From NCBI GenBank assembly GCA_963841565.1, contig CAWJCY010000006.1, positions 32,001 to 96,000 of the forward strand: 64,000 bases of DNA. Direction: 5' to 3'. The DNA comes from an uncultured Nitrososphaerales archaeon. Its GTDB lineage: Archaea; Thermoproteota; Nitrososphaeria; Nitrososphaerales; Nitrososphaeraceae. Below are positions 46,073 to 56,243 of this stretch, in pieces; within the stretch, counting starts at the first letter, position 1; the number at the start of each line of letters is the position of its first letter. The position numbers were made by a program, and so were the translations under genes. The notes below the pieces were generated by a model. That model ran no database searches. It had not been told where the DNA came from and saw nothing but the letters and a program-made list of their open reading frames with translations.

Positions 46073-46975
46073 ATGTCCATAAAAGCTGATTATTTTAATC
46101 CAGAGTTGACCATCAATAGTGGACAGATGTTCTTATGGCAAAAAATAAGGGATGCATGGTATGGAATTCACACCGATCGCGTGTTAAAACTTTCAATTGA
46201 AGATAAATGTAGTGATCAGCATAACAGTCGTATAAAATATGAATCGTTTCCCGAGGATCGTGGATGGGAAAAGAAGTTGTTTAGAATGGATGACGATATT
46301 GACAAAATACTCAATACCATTTCATTTGACCCACTCGTACGTAACTCTATAATGAGATTTAGGGGCCTTCGAGTCATGAGACAGGACCCTATCCAATGCA
46401 TGTTTTCGTTCCTATGTGCTAGTAATATCAATATTCAGCGAATTCGCAAAATACTTTTTAATTTATGTAGGCATTTTGGAAAAAAAATGACCGTGAATGG
46501 GGACCAGTTTTTTACGTTTCCAAGCCCAATAGATCTCCATAAAGCGACCATATCCGAGTTAGTTACATGTGGCACAGGCTACAGAGCCAAATCGGTCAAA
46601 ATGCTTGCAACTAAGATACAGGATAGAGAGATCGTTCCTGAAGAGCTTAACCGAATGAGTTATGAAGACTCAAAACGAGCTCTACTAGGCATCCACGGAA
46701 TAGGAGACAAGACTGCAGATTGCATCCTCCTATTTTCACTTGAGAAATTGGAAGCATTTCCCATAGACACATGGATAGCGAGAATAGTATCTCACAATTA
46801 CGAACTTCCCGTTGGTAAGAAAAAAACGGGAACCAACGGCCAAAAAATTCATCTTAGTCATCAGCAATATCGATATCTCTCTAATCGCATGAGGATGCAT
46901 TTTGGTATATACGCAGGCTATGCCCAACAATATCTATACTATTACAGTAGACATATCGCTGGAAGAAAGTGGTAG
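46073..46975 (+). CDS. 8-oxoguanine DNA glycosylase (OGG1-like, HhH-GPD)
   Basis: SGQMFLW, GLRVMRQDP, GTGYRA, GIGDKTADC, FPIDTW, YAGYAQQYL. Confidence 0.92.
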   Translation: MSIKADYFNPELTINSGQMFLWQKIRDAWYGIHTDRVLKLSIEDKCSDQHNSRIKYESFPEDRGWEKKLFRMDDDIDKILNTISFDPLVRNSIMRFRGLRVMRQDPIQCMFSFLCASNINIQRIRKILFNLCRHFGKKMTVNGDQFFTFPSPIDLHKATISELVTCGTGYRAKSVKMLATKIQDREIVPEELNRMSYEDSKRALLGIHGIGDKTADCILLFSLEKLEAFPIDTWIARIVSHNYELPVGKKKTGTNGQKIHLSHQQYRYLSNRMRMHFGIYAGYAQQYLYYYSRHIAGRKW

Positions 46976-47167
46976 TGATCTGGCCTAAGTGAAAATTGCG
47001 CATAATGCTTTAATATTGGGATAAGAATCACGTGGTACTAACTGGAGGGTCCAAGGCGTATCCTAGCCTACATTAAGCAAATCCTTAAAAACTCTAAGAG
47101 GCAAGGTGGAGCTTGGTACAGTTATTGTATAATGTCTCAATCCTTTATATTGTAATTCATATACAAG

Positions 47168-48745
47168 ATGATAGAAGAGTATAATCCCATGGATACGAAA
47201 AATGAATCCCAATCGAACTTGCTTGGTAACTATACTAAACAAGAGAACAAGGGACGGTATTTGTACGGAGATTATACGCCATTTGAAGAGAAGAAGAATA
47301 TTATCCATGTCTTGAAGGATTTTGTATCTACTTCTGCAAATATAATTGAGATTCATAAGAATGTAGGCACCCTTCGATTCGTTTTGGAGAATGTTGATGT
47401 TTTTCAGGACGAGATTATAAGAAAGATCGGGAATTTGCAAAACTCGGTAGAATCATCGTTAGACGTATTTCATACCAAGTATCACGAGAAAATCGTGAGC
47501 TCCTCTGACATCAAGAAAGAAGCTGAATCTTCCTTCTTCCGCATGAGAGCCCCTCTAATAAATTCAATAGGGGATATTGAAAAGCAATTTACAAAGTACG
47601 CCAATGAATACAGAGAAGAAATACAGGAGAGGATCATTGATTCATATAATAATGCGATTACTTTACTTCAGCTCTGGCTTTCGAAGGATGAATATAACTT
47701 GCCTGGCACTCTCCTCGAAAGGCGAAACAAGGTTCTGACTGCGAAAATAGACAGGGATCCTTATTCATACACTATTGCTTCTACAAATGAGATTATCGCC
47801 GTCACCAACACAGATACATCTAGTTCTGGTGGTGAGAATATTAACGGTCTCGAGAGTCTGCCTGCATCTACATTTTCGTACCATTTCACTATTGACCCTA
47901 AGTTTTCTGAATTTTGGAAGCATCGAAGAAAAATATCCGATCTAGGAGTAGACGATCTGTTGATCCCAATTGGGTTCAAGAAATCTATATCGGAGAAACT
48001 ACGACGGTCATTCGGGCTTGGATCAAGCCAAGAAGACCCTCAAGACTCGTCTGAGAGAGAGGTCGAATATGTCCACGCGAGTAGTCTATACATAACGTAC
48101 ATCAAAATGAATAGTGGTAAGACGTTAGCAGTTAAGCTCTCAGCAGACCCTTCAAAGAGTGACGAAAAATCGGTCGAACTAGAATATAATTTACCAGACT
48201 TGATGCCTGAAGAGAAAGTCTCCAGTAGTAATAGTAGTAGTACTACTACGATAGAATACTACAAGGGACTCGTATCGGAAGGCAGATTGCCTAGAATTGA
48301 TTACCTTGATAGGGATGAACGAAGGAAAATAGATCTTACTCAGAAAGAATTTCAACAAGGGACAGACATCCTCAAACTCGTAATGATGGGAAAAATGTTA
48401 GCAGATAGAATAAGTGACATCTCGAATATATCTGTAGTATCACCTCACATGAAGCTAGACTCGCTCAGGGTAGGGGACAAGGAAGGCATAATGAGCTCAA
48501 GCGATTCAAGCACGACGCTGATATATTACGAAGAAATTGTAATGTCTTTTCTCGAACTTGTTGCAATAGGATTTTCGCCTCTGATCCAACGGATTTCCAA
48601 TAAGAGCCCAGTGAAGGGAGAATTAATTTTGAGGTACGAAACAGATGAAAAAGAAAGAAAGGAGTATGTATTACGAACTGAGGAGCTAAGTGCACCTTTG
48701 TCTCATGAAGATGGTAGAAGGGTGTTAGAAAGACTCAAACTTTAG
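47168..48745 (+). CDS. Large hypothetical protein (525 aa), helical/coiled-coil N-terminal half
   Basis: Long clean ORF with no motif I recognise. Confidence 0.8.
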   Translation: MIEEYNPMDTKNESQSNLLGNYTKQENKGRYLYGDYTPFEEKKNIIHVLKDFVSTSANIIEIHKNVGTLRFVLENVDVFQDEIIRKIGNLQNSVESSLDVFHTKYHEKIVSSSDIKKEAESSFFRMRAPLINSIGDIEKQFTKYANEYREEIQERIIDSYNNAITLLQLWLSKDEYNLPGTLLERRNKVLTAKIDRDPYSYTIASTNEIIAVTNTDTSSSGGENINGLESLPASTFSYHFTIDPKFSEFWKHRRKISDLGVDDLLIPIGFKKSISEKLRRSFGLGSSQEDPQDSSEREVEYVHASSLYITYIKMNSGKTLAVKLSADPSKSDEKSVELEYNLPDLMPEEKVSSSNSSSTTTIEYYKGLVSEGRLPRIDYLDRDERRKIDLTQKEFQQGTDILKLVMMGKMLADRISDISNISVVSPHMKLDSLRVGDKEGIMSSSDSSTTLIYYEEIVMSFLELVAIGFSPLIQRISNKSPVKGELILRYETDEKERKEYVLRTEELSAPLSHEDGRRVLERLKL

Positions 48746-48786
48746 TTCGTATTGTACATATTCAATAGTTGATCACAGCTAGGGCA

Positions 48787-50172
48787 TCAATTTCTTGAGA
48801 TCGTTCCATCCACAAAAGTCTTGTAAATCTTAAGTGCATCAGTTTCGCTAGTTGCTCCCACGATGGTAGCTGCTCCACTGGTAAGGATACTGATTGATAC
48901 CTTCCCCTCGACCCCACTGCCTGATGCGGTTATTCCTAAATTTCCACGGGATGTCACATCATACCCAAGATGTTCTGCATTTTTTATTATCATAGAGAGA
49001 CTTATGGATGAGAGTCCAAATGGTGCCACCGTATAAGTTCTCTTACCCCTATCTCGCCCACAAAGCTCCTCAACAAATAACTGATCTCCTGGAACTACCT
49101 TAGTCTGGAGAGACTTTGAGATATTAGCAGCTGAACCACAAGATGGACAAGCTTCTTGTCTCAATATTTGTACCTTCTCCATCGTCAAATCGTTTAGATC
49201 TATATAAAGCAGCTTATCGACTAACGATGGCTTTTGACCGGTGATTATCTTAACGGCTTCTGACACCTGCGTTCCTGCAACTAAGTAAAGTATCGATGGA
49301 TGGACACCCTCCGTACTACAAGTAGGCATATCTTCTTCCTCTAATTCAGGGAACATACACCGCAAACATGCTGATTCGCCAGGAAGAATTGTGCACACCG
49401 AACCAAGCATCCCCAATGCCCCAGCATATATGAATGGTATCTTTTGCTTTATACAAGCATCATTCAATGCATATCTTGCATCTACGCTATCAAGCGCATC
49501 AATAACTATGTCTGCCCCCTCCACGAGGCTTTCTGCGTTATATATTGTAACCGAGATCGGTATTGCCTCGATTTTGGCGGTTAGATTTAATTTCTGCAGG
49601 CGCTCAGCTGCTACTTCCACCTTAACTTTACCGATATCATCCTCGTTATACAAATGCTGTCTGTGAAGATTAGAAATTTCGATAACATCCCGGTCTATTA
49701 TTCTTAGTTTACCCACACCCATAGCACTGAGCATTGTTGTGACAGGATTGCCTATTCCCCCAACTCCAACTACGCATACAGTAGCCTTCCTTAGTTTTTC
49801 CATCCCAGTAAAACCAATTTCTTCGAGCATGATCTGCCTTGAATATCGCTGCATGTCCTTCCCAGAAAACTGTTCATCTCCTTCTCGTTCTCCTCCTCCT
49901 GCGACTGCAGGGAGTATGTAGATGCTGTCATCTTTGTTCAATGCCGTGGCCATGCCATCGCTACTGAATCTTATGTTTTTTCCGTTTAGGTAGATATTGA
50001 TCAATGACCGTGGTTTACCATTAAGATCAAATACTCTTCTCTTGAAATCTTCGCCCATTGTCTCTGACACTTTTTGAAAGGCGTCACTCAAACTTTCAGC
50101 TTCGATGGGTAACTTACGTTCTCCTCCACCTTTGTTTAGGACTGACGGAATCACAAATTCTATCTGAACCAT
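48787..50172 (-). CDS. Ubiquitin-like (MoaD/SAMP-type) domain fused to a ThiF/MoeB E1-like adenylyltransferase
   Basis: N-terminal beta-grasp (INIYLNG...ILPAVAGG), then RYSRQI, GVGGIG, DRDVIEISNLHRQ, CLRC, PTCSTEG, CPSC. Confidence 0.92.
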   Translation of the reverse strand: MVQIEFVIPSVLNKGGGERKLPIEAESLSDAFQKVSETMGEDFKRRVFDLNGKPRSLINIYLNGKNIRFSSDGMATALNKDDSIYILPAVAGGGEREGDEQFSGKDMQRYSRQIMLEEIGFTGMEKLRKATVCVVGVGGIGNPVTTMLSAMGVGKLRIIDRDVIEISNLHRQHLYNEDDIGKVKVEVAAERLQKLNLTAKIEAIPISVTIYNAESLVEGADIVIDALDSVDARYALNDACIKQKIPFIYAGALGMLGSVCTILPGESACLRCMFPELEEEDMPTCSTEGVHPSILYLVAGTQVSEAVKIITGQKPSLVDKLLYIDLNDLTMEKVQILRQEACPSCGSAANISKSLQTKVVPGDQLFVEELCGRDRGKRTYTVAPFGLSSISLSMIIKNAEHLGYDVTSRGNLGITASGSGVEGKVSISILTSGAATIVGATSETDALKIYKTFVDGTISRN

Positions 50173-50200
50173 ATTCTCTGTGTCAGCTCCAATTTTTAGT

Positions 50201-51427
50201 TCATCTAATCAGCGCCGATACTACCTGTATATCGGGCTTTACGGCATCTAGTTTTGGAAGTACATCCACAATTGCTTCGGTCGCTTTAAGTCCGTTACCT
50301 GTAACATAACACACAATATTTTCGTCCTTATCAATTCTGCCATCCTGAACCAACTTTTTAAGTGCTGCGACAGATACGCCTCCAGCCGGTTCGGTAAAGA
50401 TCCCCTCGGTCTTTGCAAGAGTCAAGATACCATCCACAATCTCTTCGTCTGTGACCTCTTCTGCAATACCATTATACTGAGCAAGACGTCTAAGTACATA
50501 AAGACCATCGCCAGGATCCCCGATTGCCAGACTTTTTGCTATCGTTTCAGGCTTTTCTATTGGCCTGACTTCATTGCTTTTGTTCTTAAAAGCGTCGACT
50601 ATTGGTGCGCAACCATGGGGTTGAGCTGCAATAATTTTCATTTTTGACACATTATCTATCAGCCCTAAGTTTTCTAGTTCCTCAAATCCCTTACAGACTG
50701 CGTTGAGCATAGCCCCACTACCTACCGGGATTATAAGAGTATCTGGAACTTGCCAGCCTAGTTGTTCTGCAACCTCGAAGGCGAGTGTCTTTGAGCCCTC
50801 AACATAATATGGTCGCATATTGATATTGACTACTCCAATACCTTTGGAATCACCAATTACAGATGCTACTCGGTTGGCATCATCATAGGTGCCGTCTACT
50901 GCAACAAATTCTGCACCATACGACAATGCTTGAAAGATCTTTACTCGCTCAATATCAGAGGGTGCAAAGATAAAGCATGGCAACTTAGCCTTGGCAGCAT
51001 GTGCGGCTGTTGCAGAAGCTAGATTCCCAGTAGATGCACAACCGACTGCTCTTAACCTAATTTCTTTTGCTTTAGATACTGCAACGCCAGCCGGTCTATC
51101 TTTGAATGAATATGTAGGATTGACAGAATCATTCTTTATGAATATATTCTTCAAGCCCCCAATCTGTTCTCCTAGTCTATCTGCTAGTTGGAGCGGAGTG
51201 AATCCCGCACTCAGACTAATAATATTATTTTTATTTGCAATTGGCAAGAGTTCAAAATATCGCCAATATGACTTCTCCTGCCTCTTTGAAAATAACTCCC
51301 TTGTTAGGGCAGAATTGGTCTCATACTCAACATCTATAGGGCCGAAACAATCCTCACAGATATATCTAAAATCTGGCTCATATTCCCTGTTACATTCCCT
51401 ACACTTAAGACATCTTACATTACCCAT
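50201..51427 (-). CDS. thrC: Threonine synthase(-like) PLP enzyme
   Basis: N-terminal CREC/CEDC, NPTYSFKDR, ASTGN, EGSKT, PVGSG, EPAGG, TGNGLK; ATG at 51427. Confidence 0.88.
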   Translation of the reverse strand: MGNVRCLKCRECNREYEPDFRYICEDCFGPIDVEYETNSALTRELFSKRQEKSYWRYFELLPIANKNNIISLSAGFTPLQLADRLGEQIGGLKNIFIKNDSVNPTYSFKDRPAGVAVSKAKEIRLRAVGCASTGNLASATAAHAAKAKLPCFIFAPSDIERVKIFQALSYGAEFVAVDGTYDDANRVASVIGDSKGIGVVNINMRPYYVEGSKTLAFEVAEQLGWQVPDTLIIPVGSGAMLNAVCKGFEELENLGLIDNVSKMKIIAAQPHGCAPIVDAFKNKSNEVRPIEKPETIAKSLAIGDPGDGLYVLRRLAQYNGIAEEVTDEEIVDGILTLAKTEGIFTEPAGGVSVAALKKLVQDGRIDKDENIVCYVTGNGLKATEAIVDVLPKLDAVKPDIQVVSALIR

Positions 51428-51733
51428 AAGAATCAGACTATATCGATTAGCGGTATAAATAAGGATCTCTAACAATAAGTTTAGTAATACTGAACTTTGT
51501 TACTTAAGGAGAATATTGATTCAAATACCAACTATATTGTGAGAATTATCACTACATGGCTGCCAAATACTGATTTTCTCACAATCGGTAAGATACTTTG
51601 TTTTTATTGCAAATATTCTTCGGTGAGATTTCGAGTACAAGTTCAGTACCTCTGTTAACCCCATCTATGATACTTAGAAGTAGATATAAATCACAATATA
51701 ATGAATCAAGAATAATTCCATGAGTAGATAAAA

Positions 51734-53102
51734 ATGAAGATTTCCACCAAATCTTCCATAAAGTCACCGATAGTTCATGTTGGGCTAGACGATACAGATT
51801 CAACTCAAGGCAAATGCACCACCCATGCTGCTTATAGGATTACTGACTACTTGTTGAATACTAAGTCGATTGAATTTGTTGACTATCCTCTGCTTATCAG
51901 GTTGAATCCAAACATTCCGTGGAAAACTAGAGGTAATGGGGCTGTATGCCTGAGATTCAGAACTTCATATCATGAAGATGTTTTGGAAAGAATAATGGAT
52001 TTAGTTCACAAAGAAAATCTAGTAGCAACTGGTGCTAATCCGGGAATAGCAATCTACCGTGGGGAAACAATACCATACAGTATTCGATGTTTTGCTCGTA
52101 AAGCGTTATGTGACGTAGTTAGCAGGAAAACGGCAGAAGAATTAGCTAAACGTCATGAGATTCATTTTTTCATAGATGGAAATGGACAAGGGCTGGTTGG
52201 ATCTATAGCGAGCTATTGGTACACCTCTACACGAAGACCACACTTTCGAAGCTGTAGCCTATAGAAAACAGGAAAAATGTGGAACGGTAAGAAAACTTGA
52301 TAGTGCGCAGGTAGTTCAATGTGATGCAGAAACGTTCCCTTACACCTTCAATAACTACGATAAGGCACATCATAGGGTACTAATTCTTCCTCATGGACCA
52401 GATCCTGTTTTTTGTGGAGTAAGAGGTGAAAGTGCAGAGGTAGTATGCTCAGCACTTAGAAAATTAAAGATTAGTGAGAAACTTGAAGGGTATATGGTTT
52501 TTAGAACAAATCAAGGTACGAATCAGCATCTTCAAAATGAGGTCGGATTCACAGACATCAAATGTTACACAGCCGGTTTCAGCCAATGCAAAGTCGATTC
52601 CAGACCCACGGTGATTGAAGGTGGCCATGCAATGTTCAGCGTTAAGGATCCCATTGGCGCCGTTGTTAATGCTGCAGTCTACGAACCGACAGATATGGTA
52701 AATATTGCATCCAAACTAGTAGTGGGGGACATCATAAGGATAGGGTTTGGTGTCAGGAAGTCTAGTGCAAAGCATCCAAGAATACTAAATGTAGAATATT
52801 TGCAAGTGTTGGAGACCATGGAAATCTTTGAAACTGTTAATCCCCTCTGCTTAACCTGCAATAAGCGGATGAAATCAGAGGGAACTAACAAAGGATTTCG
52901 TTGTCAGAAATGCGGTCTTCGCGATAGAGAGGTTAAAAAAATCTCGATTCCAAAACCTCGAATGATAGAGACCAAGCTCTTTGTTCCTACCCCAAGGGCT
53001 CACAGGCATTTGACTAAGCCCATTCATCGTTACGGAATGGAGAAGAATTTTGAAGGTACCTCGGAAATAAATTTGTGGTCAGCGTGGTTCTCTAAAACCT
53101 AA
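51734..53102 (+). CDS. tiaS: tRNA(Ile2) agmatinylcytidine synthetase, split by one extra base at ~52210
   Basis: GLDDTDS..CTT, RLNPNIPWKTRGNG; removing one base gives GSIAAIG..DHTFEAVAYR; later PHGPDPV, TNQGT, GGH, YEPT, CxxC...CxxC, HLTKP. Confidence 0.92.
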
Positions 53103-53187
53103 AAGCTAGCGCTGGTAGAGTCTTGTGAAAACCGACAAGTCGTGCACAAAATTTGTCAATGTCAATATCAATATTGTGAACACAGGA

Positions 53188-53313
53188 TAGCGGGGGGTTG
53201 ATTTGAACTTACGGCATGTACGTGTGAACGTAACAAGTAACCGCTCTGCGGGTTATGAGCCCGCCGGGATAACCTAACCTTCTCCTTGGAGAATCTGGCT
53301 TCCCCACCCCGCT
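53188..53313 (-). tRNA. Initiator tRNA-Met(CAT) with two non-canonical introns (53274..53294 D-loop; 53209..53238 T-stem)
   Basis: A1:U72 acceptor AGCGGGG/CCCCGCT; GCGGG-CTCATAA-CCCGC anticodon arm; removing both BHB introns restores GGGA-AGCCAGGTTA-TCCC and GGTTG-TTCAAAT-CAACC. Confidence 0.9.
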
Positions 53314-53628
53314 AAAAATGCATCAGGGATGAGATAATATATCTTTATTTGTCTTCAAAATTGACATCATAAAGAACAGTCAGAATTTAGTAACTTCTAG
53401 CGAATTGCATCTCTGCACATTTTGATGAAAGGCCGTGTGGGAGATGCTTTGTTTGGTCTCTTACTAAGTAGGTCCCCCTACGACCTCATATTGCGGCATC
53501 TAGGTGATGCTACAATCTACAAACCCACTCCCGGAATACGACATCTAAAACCCTCCTCATCACATTGCGTCAAATTGATTTAACAAGAAAAGATAACTTG
53601 ATTTTCTAGGCAAATCATAGAAACTCTG

Positions 53629-54660
53629 ATGGAGCGGTATCCATACTTCATTGAAGGAGATGCGGACACTATTATCGATCGCCTTTCATTATTACCGAAA
53701 CAAAGGAAAAAATATAGGCTTATAGTTACTTCCCCTCCCTACTACAAGCACAGAAAATATGGCGGTGATGTTAGGGAGCTGGGTAGAGAATCCACTGATT
53801 ACGCATTTGTTGAACGACTTGTCAAGTTATTTGCAAAATGCAAAAGGCTTTTACGTGATGATGGAAGTTTGTGGGTTGTAATCGGGGATAGCCGAAGAAA
53901 TTATGGCAAGCTCTTGATTCCTCATCGTCTCACTGCGGGTTTAGTCAAGGAAGGTTACATTCTTCGAGAGGACATTATTTGGTACAAGAGAAACTACTTA
54001 GCTTCAGGCTCTCAAATTAACTTCTCCCAGGCTTACGAATACGTACTTTTCTTCGCAAAACATAATAATTGTTTTACCAATATGGACTTGATAAGAACCA
54101 AGGGCAATGAAGCAAGGGAGGGACGAAATAAAGAGCCACCCCTAAATATGTTACAATTTGGTCCTGTTCGGCCAGACAAAAAAAAGATTGCCCGCATAAT
54201 GGGGAAAATAACAAAATGGAGCTCTGCTCTGACGACGGAATTTTTGCCGTCTACAAGTGAAATAGCGAGAGCATACGGCTACGACCCCGAAAAATATTGT
54301 CCCACATGCTATCGAAAATTTAAACGTCATGCCACGAGGAATAGGATTGGTGATCACAAACATTATCCTATATTTGCTGTGTGCAATTTGAGAGGCAAGA
54401 ATCCAGGAAATGTGTGGGATATATCAACTAAGGCTCACCATGGAAATGAGCACTTTGCAATCTTTCCTGAAGAGTTAGTGGAGAGAATAGTTAAATTTGC
54501 TACCCAAAAAGGAGATTGGGTGATGGATCCGTTCTCAGGTAGAGGGACTACAGGTATTATTTGTAAAAAATTGAAAAGACGGTTTGTAGGCATTGACCTT
54601 TACCCCAATAATATCTTGCTCTCAAAGAGGAATGTTCAAAAAGCGTCAACTTGTGACTAG
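53629..54660 (+). CDS. Beta-class amino-DNA methyltransferase (likely N4-cytosine), orphan
   Basis: TSPPYY (motif IV) N-terminal, IIWYK, NPGNVW, HFAIFPEEL, DPFSGRGTT (motif I) C-terminal. Confidence 0.9.
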   Translation: MERYPYFIEGDADTIIDRLSLLPKQRKKYRLIVTSPPYYKHRKYGGDVRELGRESTDYAFVERLVKLFAKCKRLLRDDGSLWVVIGDSRRNYGKLLIPHRLTAGLVKEGYILREDIIWYKRNYLASGSQINFSQAYEYVLFFAKHNNCFTNMDLIRTKGNEAREGRNKEPPLNMLQFGPVRPDKKKIARIMGKITKWSSALTTEFLPSTSEIARAYGYDPEKYCPTCYRKFKRHATRNRIGDHKHYPIFAVCNLRGKNPGNVWDISTKAHHGNEHFAIFPEELVERIVKFATQKGDWVMDPFSGRGTTGIICKKLKRRFVGIDLYPNNILLSKRNVQKASTCD

Positions 54661-54753
54661 GAATAGCGCCGGAATAGTTCTTCCATCTGTTATTCCTATG
54701 TTAACCGCGAACTTTTATATTACCAGATTTGGTTCATAATCAAAAGCAACAAC

Positions 54754-55872
54754 ATGCATGCTGCGGTTTTCCACTCACCAAATAATATTTCATTAGAAGA
54801 AAGACATGATGGATATTCCTTAAGTCATCATCAGCGGAGAGGGGTTTTGGTGCGGATGAATGCATGCGCTGTTTGCGGGTATGATGTAAATGTGTATAGA
54901 AATGGACATATCAAAGTCAGGGCCCCCGTTGTCCTAGGGCATGAGATTTGTGGGGAACTCGTAGAATCTCCCAGTTGTGCAATATCACATTCTTATCCAG
55001 ATGAAGATATTTACAAACTCGATCTAGTCGAAGGCACACGAGTGGTACTTTCGCCCGTTGTACCTTGTTTGAATTGTATGTATTGTGATACCGGACAATA
55101 CAACCTATGCACTAACCTTGGAGAAATTGGATCTTCTATAGATGGAGGATTTGCCGAATTCGTACGCATTCCAATCAATACTCTGAGAATTGGAGGGCTC
55201 ATCCCACTCCCTAATTCGCTTACCAATGAAGAATCGACATTGATTGAGCCTCTGGCTTGCTGCCTTAACGGCTTTAAGCGCATTAATTCTATCGTTAATG
55301 ATCGATTGGAAGATAAAACTTTTGTGATACTTGGAGATGGACCAATTGGGCTCATTCACTTACAACTTGCAAAATATCTATATGGTGCTAAAGTGATAGT
55401 TGTCGGACGAGTAAATCATCGACTACAAACAGCAAGAAACATGGGGGCCGATGTTGTGATAGAGCTCGAAGAGAATAAAGACTCACCAACTTGTGCTATC
55501 AAAGAGGTGTTAGACCTAACTAATGGAAAAGGGTCAAGTGTATCGATAATAGCCACTCCAAATCCTGACGCGTTAGAGGTAGCTGCTGGAATCGCTTCTA
55601 AGAATTCTATTATTAATATCTTCGCAGGTATGCCAAGGCATTTGAGTTTTCAACTGGATCCCAACTGGGTTCACTATAATCAGATTGCTCTTATTGGAAG
55701 TTTCAGTGCTACGCCTAAATTAATTCATGAATCAATTGCACTTGTCGCCGAAAAGCGGGGGATTAACCTTTCTTCGATCATCACTCATCGGTGTAAGCTC
55801 GACGAAATATACAAAGCGCTTGAAATTACCGAAGAATTTTTGGGCTTACGGGTAGTAATAAATTCCTTCTAA
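54754..55872 (+). CDS. Zn-dependent alcohol dehydrogenase (MDR; threonine/sorbitol dehydrogenase-like)
   Basis: CGYD, GHE, CLNCMYC...NLC, GGFAE, EPLAC, GDGPIG. Confidence 0.92.
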   Translation: MHAAVFHSPNNISLEERHDGYSLSHHQRRGVLVRMNACAVCGYDVNVYRNGHIKVRAPVVLGHEICGELVESPSCAISHSYPDEDIYKLDLVEGTRVVLSPVVPCLNCMYCDTGQYNLCTNLGEIGSSIDGGFAEFVRIPINTLRIGGLIPLPNSLTNEESTLIEPLACCLNGFKRINSIVNDRLEDKTFVILGDGPIGLIHLQLAKYLYGAKVIVVGRVNHRLQTARNMGADVVIELEENKDSPTCAIKEVLDLTNGKGSSVSIIATPNPDALEVAAGIASKNSIINIFAGMPRHLSFQLDPNWVHYNQIALIGSFSATPKLIHESIALVAEKRGINLSSIITHRCKLDEIYKALEITEEFLGLRVVINSF

Positions 55873-56243
55873 ATCATTGCTAATGATTCCACCGATGTTC
55901 TTCTCACAGAAAATGATGCGATCAAAACGGCTCGTAAAATCTGGAGTGTAAATAGACCAGAATTTTGCATTTAAGAGATTTCGTTTAATTTCACAAAGAA
56001 TAAGGGACAATTTACTTGTTCCCGAACCAGCATCGATTGACTGGATCCTGTGAAAAAGGTCGACTATGTGGAATAAAATCAAAATAACGTCATACGTCTA
56101 GGAAATAAAAAGTGTGAAATCTAAATAAATGCAATTATTTGATGAAGTATGCGGGATCCGAAACAAATTCCAAAGGGCCTCTGACCCTGACCTATATTCG
56201 TATACATTGAAAATAGGGTTAATGATAGGAATTCGTCGAGAAA

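Noticed and set aside
51734-53313. CAT-anticodon tRNA next to tiaS as its tRNA-Ile2 substrate
   Set aside because: The A1:U72 pair and three consecutive G:C pairs in the anticodon stem identify it as initiator Met
53407-53510. Hairpin GCATCTC...GAGATGC enclosing TTGATGAAAGGCC, reminiscent of a hammerhead or H/ACA RNA
   Set aside because: No CUGAnGA/GAAA three-stem core and no correctly placed ACA box
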